Source of the DNA: Candidatus Cloacimonadota bacterium
Lineage (GTDB): Bacteria; Cloacimonadota; Cloacimonadia; Cloacimonadales; Cloacimonadaceae
Reading direction: 5' to 3'
DNA length: 56,571 nucleotides
Assembly (NCBI GenBank): GCA_027318475.1
Contig: DAHVPC010000001.1
Coordinates: forward strand, 1-56,571
Shown in pieces: positions 48,984-56,571 of this stretch (position 1 is its first letter; the number at the start of each line of letters is the position of its first letter). The position numbers were made by a program, and so were the translations under genes. Below the pieces are notes generated by a model. The model made no database searches. It was not told the DNA's origin and was given only the letters and a program-made list of their open reading frames with translations.

Positions 48984-49859
48984 TTAAATCAGCTTGTATT
49001 CTTGTAAAACACCGCGCAAAACTTCGCGGTTCGCCTCTTGCAGCGGACACATCGGCAAGCGGAACTCCAGTTCCAGCATGCCCATCATGTGCAATGCCTC
49101 TTTCACCGGGATCGGGCTGGTCTCGATGAACAGGGTCTGGTTGATCTGCATCAAGGCCTGGTGTTGTTTCAAGGCGGTGGCATAATCGCCCTGCAGGCAG
49201 GTCTGGATGTGTTCGTGCATCAGGCGCGGCAGGATGTTACCGGTCACCGAAATGGTGCCTTTGAAGCCGCAAGCCATGAGGGGCATGTTGATCCCGTCTT
49301 CACCGCTCAGGCACACAAAGCCTGACGGCGCGTCGCGCACGATCTCAGCGGCCTGGACGATCATGTTCGAGGCTTCCTTGATGGCCACGATCCGCTGGCA
49401 CGCTTTGGCGATGCGGACCGTCGTCGCAGCCGTCATATTCACGCCGGCGCGTCCCATAATGTTGTACATGATGATGGGGATGTCGGTCTGCGCCTCGACT
49501 TCGCGGAAAAACTCAAACATGCCGTTCTGCGTGGGTTTGATGTAATAGGGAACCAGCACCAGGGCGTAATCCGCGCCCAATTCACGGGCGTGCTGGGTTT
49601 GGGAGATGGTGTGGGAAAGGTTGTTGGTGCCAGTGCCCACCACCACCGGGATCCTGTGGTTGATCCGTTTGATGGCGAAGCGCAGCAGTGCGTTGCGTTC
49701 GTCGGTAGCGATGGCGGCGCTTTCGCCGGTCGTACCCAGCAAAACCAGCCCGTCTGTGCCGTTCTCGATCTGAAACTCGATCAGCCTTTCCAGGGCGGTA
49801 TAATCCACTCCGCCTTGTTTAAAAGGTGTGACCAAGGCCACGAAGGAACCTTGCAGCAT
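48984..49859 (-). CDS. dapA: 4-hydroxy-tetrahydrodipicolinate synthase
   Basis: ALVTPF, GTTGES, PYY.KP, YN, IKEAS, SGED, PIPVK. Confidence 0.95.
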   Translation of the reverse strand: MLQGSFVALVTPFKQGGVDYTALERLIEFQIENGTDGLVLLGTTGESAAIATDERNALLRFAIKRINHRIPVVVGTGTNNLSHTISQTQHARELGADYALVLVPYYIKPTQNGMFEFFREVEAQTDIPIIMYNIMGRAGVNMTAATTVRIAKACQRIVAIKEASNMIVQAAEIVRDAPSGFVCLSGEDGINMPLMACGFKGTISVTGNILPRLMHEHIQTCLQGDYATALKQHQALMQINQTLFIETSPIPVKEALHMMGMLELEFRLPMCPLQEANREVLRGVLQEYKLI

Positions 49860-50080
49860 GTCTTTACTCCTTTGTGTGTATGGCGTTGACTGCCGTCCCG
49901 GGATCGCGGTTCAGGCCAGCAACCCCGGTCCGCATGCAGATGAAACACTTTTTTTCCTTATCGCTGGCCGGCCAAAATTCGTCAATACAAATGTGCGGGG
50001 GGAGGAAAATTCCCCAGCTGGAAGTTTTCCCCCGGGAATCCAACCGACCCTCCTGTTTTTCGGTCCTCCCTGGGGGAATA

Positions 50081-50150
50081 GCCTTAATCAAGCCTTAATC
50101 AAGCCTCAATCAAGTGTCTATTATTAAGGCTTGATTAAGGCTTGATTAAG
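50081..50150. repeat. AT-rich 11-bp-periodic palindrome (CCTTAATCAAG x3 / inverted x3)
   Basis: GCCTTAATCAAGCCTTAATCAAGCCTCAATCAAG...TTATTAAGGCTTGATTAAGGCTTGATTAAG. Confidence 0.85.
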
Positions 50151-50278
50151 AAGTGATTTACGGCGTGACGCGGGGACGCGGAGGCTAAGAACTATAATTA
50201 ACAAGAGATTGATATGATTTTGGTATTGGGTTGGGCGGACCAGGCGGGATTATGGATGCATGAGTTTGCACACGCTGT

Positions 50279-50401
50279 AACACTGCGTTTATGCGGTCGG
50301 TCCACTGCCTTCAGGCGGTTCAGGACTAATCTGTGAGAATCAGTTTCTGCGGACATCCTATCTAACTGGTAAAGCATACTTAACCACGTAAACGCAGTGT
50401 T
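50279..50401. repeat. 19-bp inverted repeat bounding ~123 bp
   Basis: AACACTGCGTTTATGCGGT vs ACCACGTAAACGCAGTGTT (17/19). Confidence 0.6.
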
Positions 50402-50565
50402 CCGAAGCAGGCAACGGTTTCAATGCGTGAGGCATCCGTGTTAGAAAAACCGCAGATTGGAACGCAAATTGTATGCAAGAAATGTCCCGCGCAGCGTCCG
50501 GCACCCTAAAAGCCCGGCCGGGCCTGCCTGACAAACTATGGTATCAAACTATTAATAGAGGACTT

Positions 50566-53253
50566 ATGGACAAGCACAAACTGCTATTAGCGCTCAGCAT
50601 CCTGCTGGCGGCCGGATTTCTGGTTGCCGCTCCGCTGAGATTTACTCCGGTGCAGATCATTCAACCGGACGGCCAGGAACTGGATATTTATGCCAGCGGC
50701 GATGAGTTTCACAACTGGCTGCACGACGCGGACAACTACACGATCGTGCAAAACGACGCCGGCTATTACACTTACGCCCGCTCCGAAGGCGGCGAGGTGC
50801 TGGCCACGGAATTGATCGTGGGACGCGACACGCCGCAGCAGCGCGGTCTGCAGCCGGGTGTGAACCTCGGTTCCGATCAGCTTCGCGCCAAATATGAACG
50901 GTATCCCGGCATGCGCGATTACAGCGACGCCAAGAGCCCGCACACCGGCCAGTTCAACAATATCGTGATCTTCATCAAGTTCTCCGACGATCCGGATTTC
51001 GCCTCGCCGATCACCGTGTACGACGAGCTGTTCAACAACGCCGACGGCAACTCCATGAAACGCTATTTCACCGAGGCATCCTACAACCAGCTGAACATCG
51101 ATTCCTCGTTTTACCCGCCTCCCAATGGCACCACCATCATATGCTACACGGATATCTATCCACGCAACTATTTCCGCATCGTCAGCGCCGGCAATCCCAA
51201 GGGCTACAGCGGCGACGACGACCGCACCCAGCGCGAGCATCAGCTCCTGCTGCGGGCCGTGAACGCCGTGGCGCCCTCCATTCCCGCGGATTTGGTGATC
51301 GACGGCGATAACGACGGTTATGTGGACAACACCTGCTTCATCATCAAAGGCTCACCGGACGGCTGGGCGGAATTGCTCTGGCCGCACCGTTGGGTGCTGT
51401 ACACCGTGAACGCCATGATCCATGGGAAACGGGTGTGGGATTTCAATTTCCAACTGGAGTCCTCGACGCTGGGTTCCGGAGCCGGCGTGCTTTCCCATGA
51501 GATGTTCCACAGCCTGGGCTCGCCGGATCTCTACCGCTACAGCGACACCACGATCGACCCCATCGGTTCCTGGGACCTCATGTGCGCCGACCAGAACCCG
51601 CCGCAGCATATGAGCGTTTGGATGAAACACCATTACGGCCAGTGGGTGCCCAACGTCCCTGATATCACGGAATCCGGCACTTACACCCTTTCGCCCGTGG
51701 CGTCCTCGGCCACCAACAACATCTACCGCATCGCCAGCTGGCGCACCAACGAGTATTACCTACTGGAATACCGCCGGCCTTCAGCTCATTACGACAGCAA
51801 TATTCCGGGCACCGGCCTGCTGGTTTACCGCCTGAACACGCAGGAAAGCGGCAACGCGCAGGGTCCGCCCGACGAACTCTATATCTACCGTCCCTATGGT
51901 ACCAACACCACCACCAACGGGGTGCTGAGCATGGCGGAATTTTCCGCCCAGAACGGCCTGACCGAACTGAGCGAGGCGACTTCACCCAACGGCTTCCTGA
52001 GCAACAACGCGCCAGGCGGCCTCAACCTGTATGACGTCGGGATTGCCGGCGAAACGATCAGCTTCAAGGTCAAGATCTCGCAGGTCCAGGTGACCTACCC
52101 CCACGGCGGCGAAACCTGGTTCTCCGGCAGCAACAAGACCATCACCTGGAAAGCCAAGACCTCCACCGGAACGGTTTCCGTGGATTACAGCACCGACGGC
52201 GGCAGCACCTGGATTAACCTTGGTTCCGCGGCTCCCAACAACGGCTCCTTCTTCTGGAACAACATCCCCGTGCTGAACTCCAGCCTGGTCCACGTGCGCG
52301 TTACCCACAATACCAGCGGCCAGATGGATTTCAATACCTACCCCTTTACCATCATCAGCGAAATGGCCATCCCCGCGGGCACCTATCCTGCCAACGGAGC
52401 CGCAAGCATTCCCACCAATCCTTTGCTGGCCTGGACCGCAGTGCCCGGTGTGACCGGTTACCAGGTGCAGGTTTCCGCCAATCCGGAATACAGCAGCTAT
52501 CTGGTCAACCTGCTGGACCATCCGGAAAACACCTACCAATTGAGCGGCCTGACACCGTTCGCCACCTATTACTGGCGGGTCTGCAGCATCTCCGAGATCG
52601 GGATCGGACCCTTCTGCGAAACGATGAGTTTCACCACCGGCAACCTCACGGAACTTCCTGCGGCGCCGGCACTTGTCTCACCTGCGCAGATGGCTGTCAA
52701 CCTTCCGCGGACCGTGCTCTTCCAATGGTCCAACGTGCCCCTGGCGAGTTCTTACAATCTGCAACTCTCCCTCACGCAGTGGTTTGTGGACCTGGTTGCC
52801 GACATTCAGGACATTCCCTTCAATTTCCACGAGATCCAGAACCTGCTGTATAACACCGTCTACTACTGGCGGGTTTGCTCGTCCAATGTAGCCGGCAGCA
52901 GCAACTTCTCCCAGATCAGGCATTTCCGCACCATGGCAGGCACCGACGCCGACGACGTTACCAGCCCCGTGGTGGAAAACAGCCTGGGACAAAACCACCC
53001 CAATCCCTTCAATCCCAACACCACCATCAGTTTGAGTCTGAAAAACCCCTCCGCCAATGTACAGGTACAGGTCTTCGACATCAAGGGGCGGCTGGTGCGC
53101 ACCCTGTTTGAGGGCGCGGGCGGAAAGAACCATCTGGACCTGGTTTGGGACGGTAAAGACAAGAATGGCGACTGCGTGGGCAGCGGAATCTACTATTACC
53201 GGATGCAGTCGGAGGACTTTGTCCAGACTCGCAAGATGCTGTTGATGAAATAG
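50566..53253 (+). CDS. Secreted M6 metalloprotease with FN3 domains and FlgD/T9SS-like CTD
   Basis: ASGDEFHNW, LWPHRW, SHEMFHSLGSPDLY, NHPNPFNP...TRKMLLMK. Start ATG 50566 after GAGG. Confidence 0.92.
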   Translation: MDKHKLLLALSILLAAGFLVAAPLRFTPVQIIQPDGQELDIYASGDEFHNWLHDADNYTIVQNDAGYYTYARSEGGEVLATELIVGRDTPQQRGLQPGVNLGSDQLRAKYERYPGMRDYSDAKSPHTGQFNNIVIFIKFSDDPDFASPITVYDELFNNADGNSMKRYFTEASYNQLNIDSSFYPPPNGTTIICYTDIYPRNYFRIVSAGNPKGYSGDDDRTQREHQLLLRAVNAVAPSIPADLVIDGDNDGYVDNTCFIIKGSPDGWAELLWPHRWVLYTVNAMIHGKRVWDFNFQLESSTLGSGAGVLSHEMFHSLGSPDLYRYSDTTIDPIGSWDLMCADQNPPQHMSVWMKHHYGQWVPNVPDITESGTYTLSPVASSATNNIYRIASWRTNEYYLLEYRRPSAHYDSNIPGTGLLVYRLNTQESGNAQGPPDELYIYRPYGTNTTTNGVLSMAEFSAQNGLTELSEATSPNGFLSNNAPGGLNLYDVGIAGETISFKVKISQVQVTYPHGGETWFSGSNKTITWKAKTSTGTVSVDYSTDGGSTWINLGSAAPNNGSFFWNNIPVLNSSLVHVRVTHNTSGQMDFNTYPFTIISEMAIPAGTYPANGAASIPTNPLLAWTAVPGVTGYQVQVSANPEYSSYLVNLLDHPENTYQLSGLTPFATYYWRVCSISEIGIGPFCETMSFTTGNLTELPAAPALVSPAQMAVNLPRTVLFQWSNVPLASSYNLQLSLTQWFVDLVADIQDIPFNFHEIQNLLYNTVYYWRVCSSNVAGSSNFSQIRHFRTMAGTDADDVTSPVVENSLGQNHPNPFNPNTTISLSLKNPSANVQVQVFDIKGRLVRTLFEGAGGKNHLDLVWDGKDKNGDCVGSGIYYYRMQSEDFVQTRKMLLMK

Positions 53254-53286
53254 ATAATCCTTCATACTCGATCCCTTCAAGGGAAA

Positions 53287-53313
53287 TTAGCAGTTCGCCA
53301 TGCGGACTGCTAA
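53287..53313 (+). promoter_or_regulatory. CIRCE-like (HrcA) operator, possibly also a terminator
   Basis: TTAGCAGTT-N9-GACTGCTAA vs consensus TTAGCACTC-N9-GAGTGCTAA. Directly upstream of TTGCCT-N16-TATACT and hsp20. Confidence 0.7.
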
Positions 53314-53381
53314 TTTTTTCTTGCCTGCCTCGGGATTCCGATTATACTATGGGTAGAAATTCACTCTCAAGGAGGATGAAA

Positions 53382-53816
53382 ATGAAGATCGTACCTTATC
53401 TGAAAGGACAAGAAAGACCCATGGGCACCATGCTCAGCATCTTCGATGATTTCTTCAACCGGGCTTTCGAAGAGGAAGCCGGGGACGATAATTTCCGTTC
53501 CATGGCGATGGATATCATCGAACATGAGAAAGAATACGAAATCCTGGCCAATCTGCCCGGATTCCGCAAGGAACACGTAAAGATCTCGGTGCACGACAAC
53601 CAGCTGCTGCTGGAAGCCAAATGCTCCGAAAACAAGGAAGAGAAAAAGGGGACGGTGTACCGCTGCGAACGCTACAGCGGAAGTTATCGCAGGAACCTGC
53701 TGCTTCCGGAAAACAGCGACCTGGGCAAGATCACCGCGAAAATGGAAGACGGCGTGCTCCGGTTGCTCATTCCCAAGAAGGAACCCTCTCCTCAGAAAGA
53801 AATCGTCATCCAATAA
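53382..53816 (+). CDS. Hsp20/alpha-crystallin small heat-shock protein
   Basis: DIIE, LPG, ERYSGSYRR, AKMEDGVL..IPK. SD AAGGAGG. Confidence 0.93.
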   Translation: MKIVPYLKGQERPMGTMLSIFDDFFNRAFEEEAGDDNFRSMAMDIIEHEKEYEILANLPGFRKEHVKISVHDNQLLLEAKCSENKEEKKGTVYRCERYSGSYRRNLLLPENSDLGKITAKMEDGVLRLLIPKKEPSPQKEIVIQ

Positions 53817-53903
53817 AGAAGACTGACAGCTAAAAAATGGCGCGGACCGCAAACGGCCCGCGCCTTTCATTTTAGTCAGAGTTTGGGCTCTCTTTAAAAC
53901 CGT

Positions 53904-54232
53904 GTGGGTAAGCCCCGGAGGGTGCGACATATAATAGCCCGGGGTGTAGCGACCGGGGTCCTCGACGTCATGCGGAGCATGGCGACGGGGTGGTCTGCGG
54001 AACCCCGGGTCACGAAATGCCATCACAAAATTCCAGAAAACCCCACCCCTCCCTGGGGATCCTGCCAAATGGCAGGTTCCCCAGGGAGGGGTGGGGTTTT
54101 CTGAAATTGTGTGCCGGCATCACATGACCCGGGGTTCCGCAGACCACCCCGTCGCTATGCTCTGCATGACGACGAGGACCCCGGCCGCTGTACCCCGGGC
54201 TCTGTTATATCGCACCCTCCGGGGCTACCCAC
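53904..54232. repeat. ~330-bp near-perfect palindrome with AGCCCCGGAGGGTGCGA termini
   Basis: Arms pair along their length, e.g. CAGAAAACCCCACCCCTCCCTGGGGA / TCCCCAGGGAGGGGTGGGGTTTTCTG. Terminal unit shared with 32956-33308. Confidence 0.9.
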
Positions 54233-54331
54233 TCAGATTGGAAGAGAAGCATTAAGAATGGCTTGAAAAATGGCTTCGAAAAGTTCCAGAATGCAGCATC
54301 GGAATCCTACCCTACGTTAATCTCAGCACTG

Positions 54332-54853
54332 CTAGTTTATGCGGGCTGGATTGGGCTCATCCGGAACGGAGATCTTGAGCAGCGCTTCCAGCATGAGTCC
54401 ACATTCCTGAGCGGCGCGCTTTTCCAGGTCATTCCACGCCGCCTGGGTTCCGAGATCGTCGTAGGCGATCGCCAGAGCGCCATAAAGGGGCAGCCCGATG
54501 CAGTGCTGCGCAGAGTGGATGGTCGAAGCGCATTGGCCAATGGCGCGAGCCGCTGCTTGAGCGGCCGGATTCCCCGCAGCATCACGGGCGGCGGCATGGC
54601 AGGCCAGGATGAGCTGTTTCGCGGCAGGCAGTTTAAGCGCGCCCGCCAACCATTCCCGCGCCGCGTTCAGAGCGGCCTCGGGGCGTTTATCCTCAGGATG
54701 GCGTTTGATCCAGAGCGGCAAGAGCACATCCTCCGCGTAATCCACAGCCCAGCGAATGAGCGTTGTCTTGCCCTGGGTTTCGATCTGGTGTACCAGAGCC
54801 TGGATGTAGGGGGCTTGCCAATCGCTCAGCATTTTGCGGTAACTCGCGCCCAC
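54332..54853 (-). CDS. Imm5-like putative immunity protein
   Basis: WAVDYAE..L...PEDKRP..AL.AAREW..G...HAAAR...AARAIGQCASTIH pattern. Confidence 0.75.
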   Translation of the reverse strand: MGASYRKMLSDWQAPYIQALVHQIETQGKTTLIRWAVDYAEDVLLPLWIKRHPEDKRPEAALNAAREWLAGALKLPAAKQLILACHAAARDAAGNPAAQAAARAIGQCASTIHSAQHCIGLPLYGALAIAYDDLGTQAAWNDLEKRAAQECGLMLEALLKISVPDEPNPARIN

Positions 54854-54874
54854 TGCTATGCTTTTCCTTGCAAC

Positions 54875-55297
54875 TCAGCCGCGCTTGATCATAGTGATGT
54901 AGCCTTCCAGGTCGGTAAATCCGCAGGAGGCGTAAAGGTGGCGGGCGGCGGCGTTGTTCTGGTGCACTTCCAGCTTGGCTTGCCAGCCCTTCTCTTTGGC
55001 GATTTCCAGCGCCGCGGCCAGCAATTGGCGTCCGATGCCCCGGTTTTGCAACTGCGGACTGACCGCCATGTGATGGATGTAGAGGCGGCGGAAATCGTGG
55101 CTGAGCCAGGCGGTGCCGGCCAGCACGCCGTCCAGTTCGGCCAGCAGCATGATCCCTCCGTGGTCAAGATTGTATTGGACAGAGGCGAAATCGTCGGCGC
55201 GGGCAGGATTGCTGATCCCGGTTGCGAGCCAGATCCGGGTAATGGCCTCAAAAATCTGCGGATCGAGGCTGCGCACTGAACGGATGGCGAGGCTCAT
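54875..55297 (-). CDS. GNAT N-acetyltransferase
   Basis: AVSPQLQNRGIGRQLL, NAAARHLYASCGF. Start ATG 55297 overlaps the upstream stop. Confidence 0.9.
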   Translation of the reverse strand: MSLAIRSVRSLDPQIFEAITRIWLATGISNPARADDFASVQYNLDHGGIMLLAELDGVLAGTAWLSHDFRRLYIHHMAVSPQLQNRGIGRQLLAAALEIAKEKGWQAKLEVHQNNAAARHLYASCGFTDLEGYITMIKRG

Positions 55298-56232
55298 TGC
55301 GGCGGATAACCTTCCCGGGAGCGAAACAGCATGGCGTGGCGGGTGAAACGGAACACGGTGTCGAAGAGGACGATAAAGTACTTGCCCGGATGCGTATCGA
55401 CGGACATCAGGTAGTTTTCCCCGTAGGGGTAAAAGGTGATGCGGCGGGTTTGCCGGTCGGTTTGCAGGATGGTGACCGCGCAGGCGACGTTTTGCAAGGA
55501 ATCCGGGGTGGGCGTTGCGTCTTCGCTCAGGATGGAATAGGAACCCAGGGCGGCCAGGATGTTCAGGAGTTTGCCCATGGTCGGATTGCCGGGCGGAACT
55601 TCGAAATCCTCGATTCGGTCCTTGAAATGCCACAGGTTGCCTTTGCGGGTAAGTTCGTATTCATTTTTGGGATGGCTGACCTTGATGGAGAGCATCTGGT
55701 CGCTGAACAGCCTGAGCACGTAAGGCGAACGCCAGGCATCGAAGTCGGGCAGGTAGACCGTGGCGACTTTCTGGCGGATCTGATAGACGTCGGAAGAGCC
55801 GGCGAAGCGGAAATAGTCGAAAGGATTGCCGGGATTGGAGAACCACACCTCGCGCAGCAGCTTGCCTTTGCCGTTCAGGGCCTTGACCTTCAGCACGCGG
55901 CCGGTCTCAAATCCATAATCCTGGAGAGCCTGTTTGCCGGATGCGATGGGGGTGGTGGAATAGTTTTCCTGGATGACCTCTTTCAGGAACAAACTCATGC
56001 GGCTGTCTTCAACGCTCCATTTGACCGGGCTGGTGATATTCCAATGACCGCCGTCCTTGTTGAGTTTGAGGATGTTATCCGCCTGGCTGATCTCGATCCC
56101 CATCACGGCGAGCGAATCGGCGCTGAAGATAGGTTTCAGGGTTTCCCGCTGGGGTCGTGACAGCGCCAAATATCCAGCCAAGAGGAGCAGGACAAGGAGG
56201 GTGAGGAGCAGGAGCAGCTTGGCGCGGGGCAT
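55294..56232 (-). CDS. DUF4340-domain membrane-anchored protein
   Basis: N-terminal TM helix, W.ITSP, YGF, WR motifs; follows a GldG-like gene. Confidence 0.75.
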   Translation of the reverse strand: MPRAKLLLLLTLLVLLLLAGYLALSRPQRETLKPIFSADSLAVMGIEISQADNILKLNKDGGHWNITSPVKWSVEDSRMSLFLKEVIQENYSTTPIASGKQALQDYGFETGRVLKVKALNGKGKLLREVWFSNPGNPFDYFRFAGSSDVYQIRQKVATVYLPDFDAWRSPYVLRLFSDQMLSIKVSHPKNEYELTRKGNLWHFKDRIEDFEVPPGNPTMGKLLNILAALGSYSILSEDATPTPDSLQNVACAVTILQTDRQTRRITFYPYGENYLMSVDTHPGKYFIVLFDTVFRFTRHAMLFRSREGYPPQ

Positions 56233-56234
56233 CT

Positions 56235-56571
56235 TTAGCTCCTTTCGCGCGCGTTTTTGCGCACCAGGCTGATTATCCCCGCCAAAGCCAGCAGCAGCGA
56301 GGGCAGCAGGATGGCGGTGAGTTTGAAGGCCAGGGCCAGATGGCTGGTTTCCCGTTCCGGATCGGAGGGCGCCAGCTTGCGCTTTTGCATCAGCACATCC
56401 ACGCCGAGGAAGCTGTTGTTTTCGCGCGGGGAACGTAAACGCTGCATCCCGGTCCGCCCCAATAGCTGGTCGACGGCGTTGAGCACGATAAAGGTGCCGG
56501 CGCCGAAATCGATGGGCAGTTCGCTGTCACCAAAGACGATGAAGCGCGCTTTATCGTTGGAGGCGCGGTAA
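56235..56571 (-). CDS. GldG-like ABC-transporter auxiliary protein, C-terminal part (5' end outside the window)
   Basis: ...ARFIVFGDSE...FIVLNAVDQLLG...RLRS...C-terminal TM helix. Frame is open to the window edge. Confidence 0.7.
   Translation of the reverse strand, partial: YRASNDKARFIVFGDSELPIDFGAGTFIVLNAVDQLLGRTGMQRLRSPRENNSFLGVDVLMQKRKLAPSDPERETSHLALAFKLTAILLPSLLLALAGIISLVRKNARERS

Overview
High-GC bacterial chromosomal window. Cloacimonadota (WWE1) is the most likely source; this is inferred from repeated secreted proteins ending in an FlgD-Ig/T9SS-like C-terminal domain (NxPNPFNP...RKxxLLK), paired M6 metalloproteases and a cyclase-STAND-TPR gene. Left to right: (1) a large secreted beta-helix-like protein running off the left edge, missed by the ORF track; (2) an AT-richer mobile island (~2163-8852) holding a MITE-like element, a decayed copy of a transposon end, a VOC gene fragment, an antibiotic-resistance-type ABC-F gene with a uORF attenuator, and an intact three-gene Mu/Tn7-like DDE transposon whose ends appear to be TAT...ATA; (3) a five-gene beta-1,3-glucan locus led by a glycoside hydrolase fused to a predicted outer-membrane beta-barrel, with no SusC/SusD; (4) comM/yifB, a repeat-rich spacer, and a class III cyclase-STAND-TPR gene convergent with a Pycsar-effector-like membrane gene interrupted by one in-frame TAG; (5) secreted LamG and M6 proteins, EamA, a DEAD-box helicase, a tldD/tldE-like operon with a degenerate amidohydrolase, a ROK kinase and four tRNAs; (6) the dapA-M16C-rsgA-nadK-recN operon, a second M6 protease, hsp20 behind a CIRCE-like site, and Imm5-like, GNAT, DUF4340 and GldG-like genes. 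Several families of palindromic intergenic repeats are present. No CRISPR array or rRNA was seen. Family calls come from recognising motifs by eye, not from database searches.
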